Assembly (NCBI GenBank): GCA_046861385.1
Contig: JBHHTW010000001.1
Location: 1-64,000 of the forward strand
Direction: 5' to 3'
From: Fidelibacterota bacterium
GTDB lineage: Bacteria; Fidelibacterota; Marinisomatia; Marinisomatales; TCS55
DNA length: 64,000 nucleotides
Shown here: in pieces, positions 1 through 9,774 of the stretch
How the letters are laid out: each line of letters starts with the position of its first letter
How positions within the stretch are numbered: the stretch's first letter is position 1
The notes under the pieces: generated by a model
The model's input: the letters and a program-made list of their open reading frames with translations, nothing else
The model's database searches: none
What the model was told of the DNA's origin: nothing
Made by a program: the position numbers and the translations under genes

Positions 1-117
1 GATTATTATATTACGAAACAATTTTAAAAAAAATTAAAACATAAAAAAACTGTAGTTTTAATAGTGAATCTTCTTCAAGAGAACGCGGTTTTGACAGCTA
101 AATTATTGACATAATCC

Positions 118-648
118 ATGTTCATTTTTTCTCATGCTGCCAGCGGGTATTTAGCTGGAGAAATATTATCACGTGGTGAAATCCATAAGAATCGGCAGAA
201 ATTATTCGTGTGGGTAGTTGTTATATTTTCTATGGTACCTGATTTTGATGGAATCAATGCTCTCACTGTTGCCGGTCACCACTCCATATTTCATACTCCT
301 GTTTTTTGGATCGTCATTACATTAATTTTATGGATAATCAGCATATTTCTGAACTCATTAAAAATTAAAATAATATCTTTTGGATTATTTTCCGGAACAA
401 TGTTGCATTTATTAACTGACTGGATAACAGCCAGAACTGTTGGCATCCAGTGGTTTTATCCGTTTAGTGAAAAGAATTATTACATTTATCAAATTTTCCC
501 TGAAAATGGACAGATTCCAATCGTAGAAATGCTCCAGGATCCATATTTCACTTTCTACATGGAAAACAGTAAATTAGCAGTGTTAGAAATTGGTATTAAT
601 GTTCTGGCAATCATAATACTTATAAGAAAAATATATATCAAATCATGA
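118..648 (+). CDS. Membrane-bound metal-dependent hydrolase (YdjM-like)
   Basis: N-terminal SH, PDFD, HSIFHT and HLLTD motifs among hydrophobic segments. Confidence 0.75.
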   Translation: MFIFSHAASGYLAGEILSRGEIHKNRQKLFVWVVVIFSMVPDFDGINALTVAGHHSIFHTPVFWIVITLILWIISIFLNSLKIKIISFGLFSGTMLHLLTDWITARTVGIQWFYPFSEKNYYIYQIFPENGQIPIVEMLQDPYFTFYMENSKLAVLEIGINVLAIIILIRKIYIKS

Positions 649-657
649 AAGGAAAAT

Positions 658-993
658 ATGAGAGATACCATCATTCTAGTTGCCTTCCTGGCTTTTATCA
701 CTGGTTGTGACAGCGGGAAGACAGCTAAAGCAGACATCCAACTTTCCACTATACAGTGCGGTATGTGCAAGGCCACTATTGAAAACGGTGTATCGGATCT
801 CAAGGGAGTGGTAAAAGTTGTAGTTGACCCTAAGAAGAAGGTGGGTCATGTTACCTATAACGCGGGAATCATTGACTTGGCTGCAATCGAAAAAGCTATT
901 GCCGCCCTCGGTTACGATGCAAACAGTACCAAATCCGATCCGGATGCGTATTCTAACCTTTCAATTTGTTGTAAAATTCCAGGTGGTCATTAA
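658..993 (+). CDS. Heavy-metal-associated (HMA) domain lipoprotein
   Basis: Lipobox FITG-C, QCGMC metal-binding motif, C-terminal CC, AAGGAA RBS. Confidence 0.85.
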   Translation: MRDTIILVAFLAFITGCDSGKTAKADIQLSTIQCGMCKATIENGVSDLKGVVKVVVDPKKKVGHVTYNAGIIDLAAIEKAIAALGYDANSTKSDPDAYSNLSICCKIPGGH

Positions 994-2192
994 TTAAATC
1001 TTTAAATCAATATAGAGTATTAATAGCCCTGCTTCTGGCGGCGCTATCCTTTTCTTGTGGTCGGAAAATTCCAGATCAACCCCCTGTTAGCCCAAAAAGT
1101 TCTTTCCCAAATATATGCCAAGCGAAAGACGGGTTTTTCATGATTTGGTACGAAGGAGATCAAAATATTGTCCTGTCTGAATTCAATGGAATAAATTGGT
1201 CAAAACCTGATACAATAATTTCCGGTAATCAACTCTTTAAGAATTGGGCAGACCAGCCACAAATCTATTATTTGGGAGGAGATACTTTGGTCGTGTCATG
1301 GCTGGAGATGATGGACAGGGGGACCTATGATTATGGAATATTTGTGGCTGTCTCATCCGATAGAGGACATCACTGGTCTGAACCCGTTCGACCCCACAGA
1401 GATTCAGGCAAAGGAGAGCACGGATTTATTTCATTTTTCAAAAAGGCATCGGGCAAATTGGGTATGACATGGCTGGATGGGCGTTATATGGGAGAATATA
1501 ACCAGATAACACACACGATGGGAGATATGATTTTAATGACTTCCAGCTTGTCCGGGAACCTGGAATTAGACCCAGAACATATTTTAGATAACCGGGTGTG
1601 TGAGTGTTGTCCCACGGATGCCATAGAAATAAAGGACGGATTTTTAATCGCTTACCGTGACAGGTCCAATGAAGAAATCAGAAATATCAATTTGATTCGA
1701 TTTTCAGAAGGGAAGTGGAGTGATCCTTACCCGGTTTTTGATGACGGTTGGTCCATTCACGGTTGCCCGGTAAATGGTCCTGCGTTGTCTGCCAATGGAA
1801 ATCAGGTTGCCATTGCCTGGTTTACAGCGCCCAATAATAATCCTATAGTGAAGGCGGCATTTTCAAAAGACGGAGGACAATCGTTTGGTAATCCGATTCG
1901 AATTGATAGTAGTTCAGCCATCGGTCGAACAGATATGATTTGGTTAAACGATAGAACGGTGCTGGTAAGTTGGCTAAAGGAAGGAGATGAAACAGGCGAA
2001 TTGATTTTACAATCAATTGATACGCATAATCTCAAAATACTGAACAAAATGTCATTCACAATCAATTCAGGCCGGGGGAGTGGATATCCGAAATTGGCAG
2101 TAGCCGGTAATTATATTATTATTGTATGGACAGACCCTGAGGAAGATATCGGCATTCGGTCAGAGTGGATTTCCTTAAAGAAATTATTATAA
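993..2192 (+). CDS. BNR/Asp-box beta-propeller lipoprotein with CECC motif; start extended from ATG 1140 to probable ATT 993
   Basis: Asp-boxes SSDRGHHWS and SKDGGQSF; CECC and GCPVNGP motifs; upstream in-frame extension encodes a lipoprotein signal (LIALLLAALSFS-C). Confidence 0.75.
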   Translation: MKSLNQYRVLIALLLAALSFSCGRKIPDQPPVSPKSSFPNICQAKDGFFMIWYEGDQNIVLSEFNGINWSKPDTIISGNQLFKNWADQPQIYYLGGDTLVVSWLEMMDRGTYDYGIFVAVSSDRGHHWSEPVRPHRDSGKGEHGFISFFKKASGKLGMTWLDGRYMGEYNQITHTMGDMILMTSSLSGNLELDPEHILDNRVCECCPTDAIEIKDGFLIAYRDRSNEEIRNINLIRFSEGKWSDPYPVFDDGWSIHGCPVNGPALSANGNQVAIAWFTAPNNNPIVKAAFSKDGGQSFGNPIRIDSSSAIGRTDMIWLNDRTVLVSWLKEGDETGELILQSIDTHNLKILNKMSFTINSGRGSGYPKLAVAGNYIIIVWTDPEEDIGIRSEWISLKKLL

Positions 2193-2241
2193 TTAATCCC
2201 TTTCACTTTTTTGACTCTGTTGTAAATTTCTTACACTTGAT

Positions 2242-3840
2242 ATGCGTATAAAATTCTTCATCTGGATCACTCGACTTCTGCTATTGGTCATGTTTGCCGG
2301 TATTTTGCCGCTAGACACTGTTTCAATTCAAGCAGCTGAAGCGCAACAGAACAAGAAAAAAAAGAAGAAAAAAAGCTCTTCCAAGAAAAAAAAGTCGGGC
2401 AAAAAGAAATCCAAAAAAAGAAAACCAAGTAAGAAATCTTCCAAAAAGAGAAAACTGGGAAGAAAAAGCACCAAAAAGAAAAGACCCACAAAAAGGCGTC
2501 ATTCAAAAAAGAGACCCCGGAGACCGGCTCCGAAAAAAGTTGCTGCGACACCTATTCCCAAAAAAGAAATATCGGTTGTACAGCTCACAAATGACCTTTT
2601 TGATTATACAAACCAAATGAACTCCAGCAGCCGGAAATTAGCCCATGCTACCCGCTATCTGGCAGGGCCTCAAAAAAAAGAAGTTGTTCGAATTGAATCA
2701 AAGGAAAAATATACTACCCGGGATTTCGAAGATGCGGCTGCTAAAGCACCCTATGATATTATGACTCAGCGTCAATTAGGTATGCATTATGAGCAAATAC
2801 ATGATTGGGAAAATGCAAAAGATGTATATTTACGAATTTTATCCCAAAACCCATTGAATCCAGACGCTCATTTTTATTTGGGCAATATGTACCAAAATAT
2901 GGGTGAAATGAATAAAGCTCGACAATCCTACGAAGAAGCGCTAGCATTGGATCCAAATCATATCGGTACATTAGGTGTATTAGCTGGAGGAAAAAACGCA
3001 CTAGAAAATCGAACCGTACTGGAAAAATCTGCAGCGCAGAATCCTGATGGCCCCGCTCAGAAACTAACACTCATTAAACAGAAACTGAATTCAGGTGAAT
3101 ATGAAGACGCAATCAAATTGGCTATTATCGCCCAAGAGCGTTTCCCCAAGCAAGGAGGATTTGTTTATTTGCAAGGTAAAGCTTATGAGTCGTTGGGTGA
3201 AATCGAAAGGGCGAAGCAAAAATATCAAAAATCTATCAAAATGGATCCTCATAATGAAGAAGCCCATTTATCCCTTGGACATCTTTATTTTAACCAGGAG
3301 AAATATGTGTATGCAGCCTTAGCATTCAGTGATGTGGTCTATATGAATAATTATAATATAGATGCTCGGTACATGCAGGGTTTAAGTTATTTTAACGCTA
3401 ATGAATGGGGAAGAGCCGCCAGCGCTTGGGAAGATCTTCTCCATTATGCTCCCCAGCATCCACTGGTCAGAACACTATTACCCCAAACCTATTATATTTT
3501 AGCAGTAGAATACAATCGATTAGGTGAATCATCCTTGGGCAGAACCGCGTTCAGCAAAGCACTGAGCGTGAATAACCTATCCAGGAGTTGGCTGCCCGGC
3601 GCTATGCGCACATTGGGTAAGTATTATAGAGAAAAAGGTATGCATAAAGAATCGCTGGCTGCCTACCAGGAAGTTGTAGAATTAAAACCCATGGATGCGC
3701 AAGCGTACACTGGTATGGGAATCACATATTGGAAAATGAATGAACAGCAACTTGCTCGAGCCGCATGGCAGCGGAGTCTGGAACTGAACCCTGACAACAA
3801 CGAAGCCAAGGGCTGGCTATTGATTGCCCACCAGAGCTGA
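2242..3840 (+). CDS. Secreted TPR-repeat protein with Lys/Arg-rich N-terminal segment
   Basis: Signal-like N-terminus, about 60 aa K/R/S-rich stretch, many TPR units (e.g. AHFYLGNMYQNMGEMNKARQSYEEALALDP). Confidence 0.85.
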   Translation: MRIKFFIWITRLLLLVMFAGILPLDTVSIQAAEAQQNKKKKKKKSSSKKKKSGKKKSKKRKPSKKSSKKRKLGRKSTKKKRPTKRRHSKKRPRRPAPKKVAATPIPKKEISVVQLTNDLFDYTNQMNSSSRKLAHATRYLAGPQKKEVVRIESKEKYTTRDFEDAAAKAPYDIMTQRQLGMHYEQIHDWENAKDVYLRILSQNPLNPDAHFYLGNMYQNMGEMNKARQSYEEALALDPNHIGTLGVLAGGKNALENRTVLEKSAAQNPDGPAQKLTLIKQKLNSGEYEDAIKLAIIAQERFPKQGGFVYLQGKAYESLGEIERAKQKYQKSIKMDPHNEEAHLSLGHLYFNQEKYVYAALAFSDVVYMNNYNIDARYMQGLSYFNANEWGRAASAWEDLLHYAPQHPLVRTLLPQTYYILAVEYNRLGESSLGRTAFSKALSVNNLSRSWLPGAMRTLGKYYREKGMHKESLAAYQEVVELKPMDAQAYTGMGITYWKMNEQQLARAAWQRSLELNPDNNEAKGWLLIAHQS

Positions 3841-3882
3841 TATATTAGCTTAATTTTAATTATTAGTAAGCGCAATTCAGTT

Positions 3883-4995
3883 ATGATTAAATATTTCCCC
3901 TTTATTTTTATTGGTATTTTAGCAGCCCAAACAACATACCCGGGCGATGAAGATGTATGGAAAGGCGTCCATGCATTTTATAATTACGAAACAGCAGAAG
4001 CCATTAATATTCTGGAAAAAACACGTGAGGATTACCCTGAAAATCCGACAGTACATTTAACCTGGGCTGCTGCGAAATGGCTTCATAATCAAGCCAATTC
4101 CACTGTGGATCAAACATACATGGATTTGGAAAGTGACTTGAATGAGGTTATTCCTATTTATGAGAGTTTGGTTCAACAATTTCCAGATGATCCTGTATAC
4201 CAATTGTATTATGGCTCTGCAAAAGGACTCATGGCTCGAATTTATCTGGGGAAGAAAGAATGGATAAAAACCTTGGAATGGGCTTATAAAGGGTTCCGAA
4301 TTATCCAGACGGTTGAAAAAGAGCATCCTGAATTGGCTGATGCTGCTTTACCCATTGGTGTTGTAGATTATTATGCCGGGTTGAGAAATGTAATTATTCA
4401 ATTATCAGCCAGTTTTTTTGGATTGGAGCCGGCAAAAGACGTTGGACTGGCAAAAATGACAAAAGCTGCTGTCGGAGGTCAGTGGTCGTGGATTGAAGCA
4501 AATGGAATTTTATCATTTATCTATTTATGGGTGGACTTTCATCCGGATTTGGCATTAAAACACAGTTCAAAACTAGTGGAAGAATTTCCACAAAATTATT
4601 ATTTTAGAATTCTTTATACTGAAAGTTTAATCATCAGCGGAAAAATGAATACTGCTTTGGCTTCCCTCAATAAAGCCAAGGGAATGTTTTCAGATTTGAC
4701 TGAAATTCAAAAAGAGTGGTATTATGGGTATTTACAGTATGAATTAGCATTATTTTATTTTATTGAAGGTGATTATAAAATTGCAATGGATCATGCGAAT
4801 GAGTCAGTGGAAAAATATGGTGCGGAATTGGATATTATTCTTGCAAATGCATGGCGGTTAAAGGGTCAGCTTCATGATCTGCTTGGGGAGCGATCTAAAG
4901 CAGTTACCGCTTATAAGCATAGCATTGATTTGGATAACTATACCTTTGCAATTGAGGAAGCCAAGGCGTACATAAAAACACCTTTTCGTAAGTAA
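3883..4995 (+). CDS. Secreted TPR-like helical protein
   Basis: Signal peptide ILAA-Q, helical TPR-like repeats. Confidence 0.65.
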   Translation: MIKYFPFIFIGILAAQTTYPGDEDVWKGVHAFYNYETAEAINILEKTREDYPENPTVHLTWAAAKWLHNQANSTVDQTYMDLESDLNEVIPIYESLVQQFPDDPVYQLYYGSAKGLMARIYLGKKEWIKTLEWAYKGFRIIQTVEKEHPELADAALPIGVVDYYAGLRNVIIQLSASFFGLEPAKDVGLAKMTKAAVGGQWSWIEANGILSFIYLWVDFHPDLALKHSSKLVEEFPQNYYFRILYTESLIISGKMNTALASLNKAKGMFSDLTEIQKEWYYGYLQYELALFYFIEGDYKIAMDHANESVEKYGAELDIILANAWRLKGQLHDLLGERSKAVTAYKHSIDLDNYTFAIEEAKAYIKTPFRK

Positions 4996-5012
4996 AGACT
5001 GGATATTGAACT

Positions 5013-5047
5013 CCTATCTGCCTGCGTTTTTACTTCGGCAGACAGGC
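5013..5047. repeat. Short GC-rich palindromic intergenic element
   Basis: CCTATCTGCC...GGCAGACAGG stem (9/10 pairs) just after a stop codon. Confidence 0.6.
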
Positions 5048-5283
5048 AAAGTTCTATTATATTGTAATTATTTAACTATAGATATGTATCCCTCCCGAGG
5101 TATTCTCATGACAATTTTACTAATGATAATAAATGGAAGAAAGTGCATTCAGTTTTTTTGATACTACTCCATAGGAGGGGAATATCTATTGAATTTTAAT
5201 TAGTATAGCAACCAACCCTGTATGGGTTGAATATTTGAACGTATGGAAATTCTCTAATATTAAAATTAGAAGTAAATTCTTCT

Positions 5284-7185
5284 ATGAATAATTCTTATCA
5301 ACCGTATTGTAACAGCTTAAGTCAATATTCCCGTTTCAAAACCCGTGAAGTGGCTGTTGGAGATGTAATCGTCGGTGGGAACAACCCTATCCGAATTCAG
5401 TCTATGACGACGACGAATACTATGGATACAGTTGAGACGGTAGAACAATGTATTCGATTAATCGATAGCGGATGCGAAATTATCCGCTTAACTGCTCCCA
5501 GCAAAAGAGAAGCTGATAACCTCAATAATATCAAAAATAACCTTCACCGCTGCGGTTACAGAACACCCTTAGCAGCCGATATTCATTTCACCCCAAATGC
5601 TGCAGAAATTGCAGCTAGAATCGTTGAAAAAGTTCGTATTAATCCAGGGAATTATGCCGATAAGAAATCCTTTAAAGTTTTAGAATATACCCAAGTACAA
5701 TACAGAGAAGAACTGGATAGAATTCGCGATCGGTTCCTACCGCTAATTAAAATCTGTAAAGAAGAGGGCACTGCCTTGCGCATCGGCACCAATCACGGTT
5801 CTCTTTCTGATCGTATTATGAACCACTATGGTGATACGCCTTTAGGAATGGTTGAATCTGCCATGGAATTTGCTCGGATTTGTATAGATGAGAATTATCA
5901 TGATATTATTTTTTCCATGAAATCCAGTAACCCTCAAGTGATGGTGCAAGCATACCGATTATTAACGGCAACGATGATTAGGGAAGGAATGAATTATCCG
6001 CTCCATTTAGGAGTCACCGAAGCAGGAGAAGGCAAAGACGGACGAATTAAATCTGCGGTGGGAATCGGAACCTTATTGGAGGATGGCCTTGGAGATACCA
6101 TCCGGGTATCTTTAACTGAAGAACCTGAAGCAGAAATTCCGGTGGCACGAACTCTGGCGAAACGCTATAAAGAGAAACGGACTGCCCCATTACCTGAAAT
6201 GAAGAACCCGCCGTATAATCCATTTGAATATGAAAAGAGGGAAACAATTCAAATTGGAAATATTGGCGGCGATCAAGTTCCATGCGTTGTGGTTAATTTG
6301 AGTCACATTAACCATATTAAACCATCTGATTTGAAGCAATGCGGTCATGATTATAATCCAGAATTAGATAAGTGGATTTCCGAAGACATAGCTGCAGATT
6401 ATTTATATGTTGGAAATAATTCTATTCATTTTGAATTACCTGGTACAGTCAGTATTATCCAAAATGCTGAATATTGGCGGGATCAATTGCGACACTTTCC
6501 CATATCTCCAATAAGCTCTATATTGGAATTATCGGCTAAAATATATTTTGTGCTCATTACCCTAAATGAAATTCATGAAAACAATATATCATCGTTACCG
6601 GAAAATGTAGTTCTCGTTTTGGTTCCAGAAACTGATCATGCAATGGGGGAAATGCGTTTAGTATTTTTCAAATTAAAAGCATTAAACTGTAAACGACCGG
6701 TAATATTATTGAGAGATCTCGGAAAATTAGATAAAGAACGTTGCCAATTATACAGCGCCACCGATTTTGGAGGTTTGCTGATCGATGGATATGGAGACGG
6801 CATTTGGCTCAAATCTGGATGCGATACCGAATTTAATAATCATACATCGTTCGGTATTTTGCAGGCAACGCGAACGCGCATTTCCAAAACCGAATATATT
6901 TCATGCCCTTCGTGCGGTAGAACGCTTTTTGATCTCCAGGAAATCACAGCGAAAATCCGCAGTCGAACCAATCACCTAAAAGGAATTAAAATTGGTATCA
7001 TGGGCTGCATTGTCAATGGACCCGGTGAAATGGCTGATGCAGATTATGGTTACGTCGGTAGCGGAAGCGGAGTAGTCTCGTTATACAAGAAAAAGGACGT
7101 AAAGCGTAAAAATATTCCCATAGAGAATGCAGTGGATCATTTAATTGAATTAATTAAGGAAAATGGTGACTGGGTTGATAAGTGA
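5284..7185 (+). CDS. ispG: (E)-4-hydroxy-3-methylbut-2-enyl diphosphate synthase, long three-domain form
   Basis: IQSMT, ADIHF, RINPGN, RIGTNHGSLS, HLGVTEAG, SCPSCGR, MGCIVNGPGE; 633 aa with central insert. Confidence 0.97.
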   Translation: MNNSYQPYCNSLSQYSRFKTREVAVGDVIVGGNNPIRIQSMTTTNTMDTVETVEQCIRLIDSGCEIIRLTAPSKREADNLNNIKNNLHRCGYRTPLAADIHFTPNAAEIAARIVEKVRINPGNYADKKSFKVLEYTQVQYREELDRIRDRFLPLIKICKEEGTALRIGTNHGSLSDRIMNHYGDTPLGMVESAMEFARICIDENYHDIIFSMKSSNPQVMVQAYRLLTATMIREGMNYPLHLGVTEAGEGKDGRIKSAVGIGTLLEDGLGDTIRVSLTEEPEAEIPVARTLAKRYKEKRTAPLPEMKNPPYNPFEYEKRETIQIGNIGGDQVPCVVVNLSHINHIKPSDLKQCGHDYNPELDKWISEDIAADYLYVGNNSIHFELPGTVSIIQNAEYWRDQLRHFPISPISSILELSAKIYFVLITLNEIHENNISSLPENVVLVLVPETDHAMGEMRLVFFKLKALNCKRPVILLRDLGKLDKERCQLYSATDFGGLLIDGYGDGIWLKSGCDTEFNNHTSFGILQATRTRISKTEYISCPSCGRTLFDLQEITAKIRSRTNHLKGIKIGIMGCIVNGPGEMADADYGYVGSGSGVVSLYKKKDVKRKNIPIENAVDHLIELIKENGDWVDK

Positions 7186-7351
7186 CGGGTTAGGGGTGGC
7201 GTTGTAACTGGTGATTTATCATTCAGGACTACTCACCAGTTACCCTGCCGGCAGATACGGCAATACCATTCACTAAATTTTGACTTGAGCACTTTGATTT
7301 GATATGTCTCTCTGTGTAGGTTCAGGCTAATAATTATATAATAGGTATGAT

Positions 7352-7792
7352 ATGAAAAAGTTATTCATCCCCATTTTGCTCGTTTCATTCATTTGGCCTC
7401 AAGATTTTGAGCCAACAAAAATGACTCCAATCGTTGCTTATTGGAAGACATTAACCCCTGATCAGAAGGAAACGTATTTGTTTTCTTATTTGACGCAAAC
7501 GTATGAAACCTATACTCAGTTGAAAAATGAATTAGGATATAATGAGATTACAAAATGGTATTACGATAATCGAGCGGAACAGGTGTTTGGTATTTTTGAT
7601 CAATTGAACGAAACAGATTTAAAAGAATTTGTCAGTTGGATTGATGAGTTTTATGGCAACGATGATTTTGTGGATAAGCCGTTCTATGAAGCCATGGCGT
7701 TTGCCTTTCGATTTCAACAATCCGCCGGTGAGACACTTTGGGAAAAATATGAAAATGTGAAATTCGGGAAAATTAAGCCTGATGAGGAGTAA
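7352..7792 (+). CDS. Secreted hypothetical protein
   Basis: MKK signal peptide, 146 aa, TAATG coupling to next ORF. Confidence 0.7.
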   Translation: MKKLFIPILLVSFIWPQDFEPTKMTPIVAYWKTLTPDQKETYLFSYLTQTYETYTQLKNELGYNEITKWYYDNRAEQVFGIFDQLNETDLKEFVSWIDEFYGNDDFVDKPFYEAMAFAFRFQQSAGETLWEKYENVKFGKIKPDEE

Positions 7793-7983
7793 TGTCATTT
7801 TATAGACCTAAATTCCTAACGGAATGGAATACCATCAGACGGGAGGGTGGTTATAGATTATTAATCAAGGAAAAAGGATGGAAAGTGTTGGTTGCATTTA
7901 TCACTTTCTACCTTGTTCGTGATTCAATTTTATACCTGCTGATTCCCTACCTAGCCATCAAGGGAATCATTACATGCAATTAA
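7792..7983 (+). CDS. Small membrane protein
   Basis: 63 aa with hydrophobic C-terminal half; TAATG overlaps at both ends. Confidence 0.65.
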   Translation: MSFYRPKFLTEWNTIRREGGYRLLIKEKGWKVLVAFITFYLVRDSILYLLIPYLAIKGIITCN

Positions 7984-9524
7984 TGCTATCAAAAGTATTG
8001 AGTTCAGCAATACTAGGAATAGATGCATATATTGTCGACGTAGAAGCTCATTTAACCGGGGCGAAATTACCCCAATTCAGAACGGTAGGTCTGCCGGAAG
8101 GAGCTGTTAAGGAAAGCAAGGAACGAGTGAGAGCTGCCATAAAAAATACCGGATATGCTTTTCCCCATAAACATGTAACAATCAATCTGGCTCCTGCAGA
8201 TATTCGCAAAGAAGGAAGCGCTTTCGATTTACCCATCGCTGTTGGCATTTTAGCTGCGATTGGAGAAGTAAAACATACATATTTAGAAAAAATGCTGTTA
8301 TTGGGTGAACTGGCTTTGGATGGATCGTTAAGACCGATCCGCGGCGCTTTACCGGTCGCGTTATGCGCCAAAGTAAAAGGGATAAAGGGGGTCGTTCTCC
8401 CGGAAGAAAATGCCCGAGAAGCCGGCGTGGTGGATGGAGTTAAAGTTGTCGGTGTTAAATCATTAGCAGATGTCATTGCCATTTTAAACGATGAAGAGAT
8501 ATTTTCTCCCATCGAGGTTGACCAGAAAGCGCTTTTCAAAAGTTATCAAAAATACAATGTGGATTTTGCTGACGTCAAAGGACAGGAACAGGTGAAACGG
8601 GCATTGGAAGTCGCTGCTTCCGGGAGTCATAATGTTATTATGATCGGTCCACCGGGAAGCGGCAAAACCATGCTGGCAAAACGTCTACCCACAATTCTTC
8701 CTGATCTGATTTTGGATGAAGCATTAGAAACAACCAAAATTCATTCTGTGGCGGGATTATTACCGGAAGGGCAGGGAATCATTGCCACCCGACCGTTCCG
8801 AGCGCCCCATCATACCATCAGCGATGCCGGTCTCATTGGAGGCGGTACGATTCCAAAACCTGGTGAAGTTAGTTTATCTCATAATGGCGTTTTGTTTTTG
8901 GATGAACTCCCGGAATTCAAGAAAAATGTTTTGGAAGTGATGCGCCAACCGTTGGAAAATGGAGAAGTAACCATTGCCAGAGCCACCATATCCCTGAGTT
9001 ATCCGTCCCGATTTATGCTGATTGCAGCTATGAATCCTTGTCCATGCGGATATTCCACCGATCCCCAAAATGAATGCACTTGCTCTCCCCAAATCATCCA
9101 GAAATACATGAGTCGCATTTCCGGTCCATTGATGGATAGAATTGATATTCATATCGAGGTTCCAGCTGTTCCATTTACACATCTAGCAGCAAAGGAAGAT
9201 GGAGAAAAATCTGAGCTTATTCGTAAACGAGTCCAGAAGACCCGGCAGGTTCAATTAGATCGATTTGCATCCAGTCCAGGAATATATAGCAATGCCCAAA
9301 TGGAAACCAGTGATCTAAATCAATATTGTAAATTGGATCAAGAAGCCAGCTCCTTATTGAAACAAGCTATGGAAAAATTGGGTCTTTCCGCGCGTGCATA
9401 TGACAGAATTTTGAAAGTGTCCCGAACCATTGCTGACTTGGAATCAGCTCAGCATATTTTACCAGAACATTTGAGCGAGGCCATCCAGTACCGTAGTTTA
9501 GACAGACAGCTTTGGTTGGAATAA
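7983..9524 (+). CDS. comM: YifB/ComM Mg-chelatase-like AAA+ ATPase
   Basis: VGLPEGAVKES, INLAPAD, GPPGSGKT, PFRAPHHT, FLDELPEF, AMNPCPCG; start taken at ATG 7983 (TAATG overlap). Confidence 0.95.
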   Translation: MLSKVLSSAILGIDAYIVDVEAHLTGAKLPQFRTVGLPEGAVKESKERVRAAIKNTGYAFPHKHVTINLAPADIRKEGSAFDLPIAVGILAAIGEVKHTYLEKMLLLGELALDGSLRPIRGALPVALCAKVKGIKGVVLPEENAREAGVVDGVKVVGVKSLADVIAILNDEEIFSPIEVDQKALFKSYQKYNVDFADVKGQEQVKRALEVAASGSHNVIMIGPPGSGKTMLAKRLPTILPDLILDEALETTKIHSVAGLLPEGQGIIATRPFRAPHHTISDAGLIGGGTIPKPGEVSLSHNGVLFLDELPEFKKNVLEVMRQPLENGEVTIARATISLSYPSRFMLIAAMNPCPCGYSTDPQNECTCSPQIIQKYMSRISGPLMDRIDIHIEVPAVPFTHLAAKEDGEKSELIRKRVQKTRQVQLDRFASSPGIYSNAQMETSDLNQYCKLDQEASSLLKQAMEKLGLSARAYDRILKVSRTIADLESAQHILPEHLSEAIQYRSLDRQLWLE

Positions 9525-9774
9525 TATTATTTTTCTGTTCTGAGGATACAATGTGCGATAAACGTGATTATTTATCATCTGCTATTTTCAAATATTATCC
9601 ATACATTCTGTCGTGTTAATTAAACATATACATATTGTTTTACTGTTATTTATTCCCAGTATTATTGTTTTGAGCTGGATGTTGGAGGAATGTACTGGAT
9701 TTAAGTTCAGGAGAATATTTATTCGAATTTGAAACCAATGATTATAAATCAATCAAGAAATATTTGGTGACATA

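Noticed and set aside
646..660. TGA of the hydrolase is in frame with the HMA gene, suggesting selenocysteine readthrough given selAB
   Set aside because: The HMA gene has its own AAGGAA RBS and signal peptide; the TGA is not at a Cys-like position and no SECIS-like hairpin was recognised
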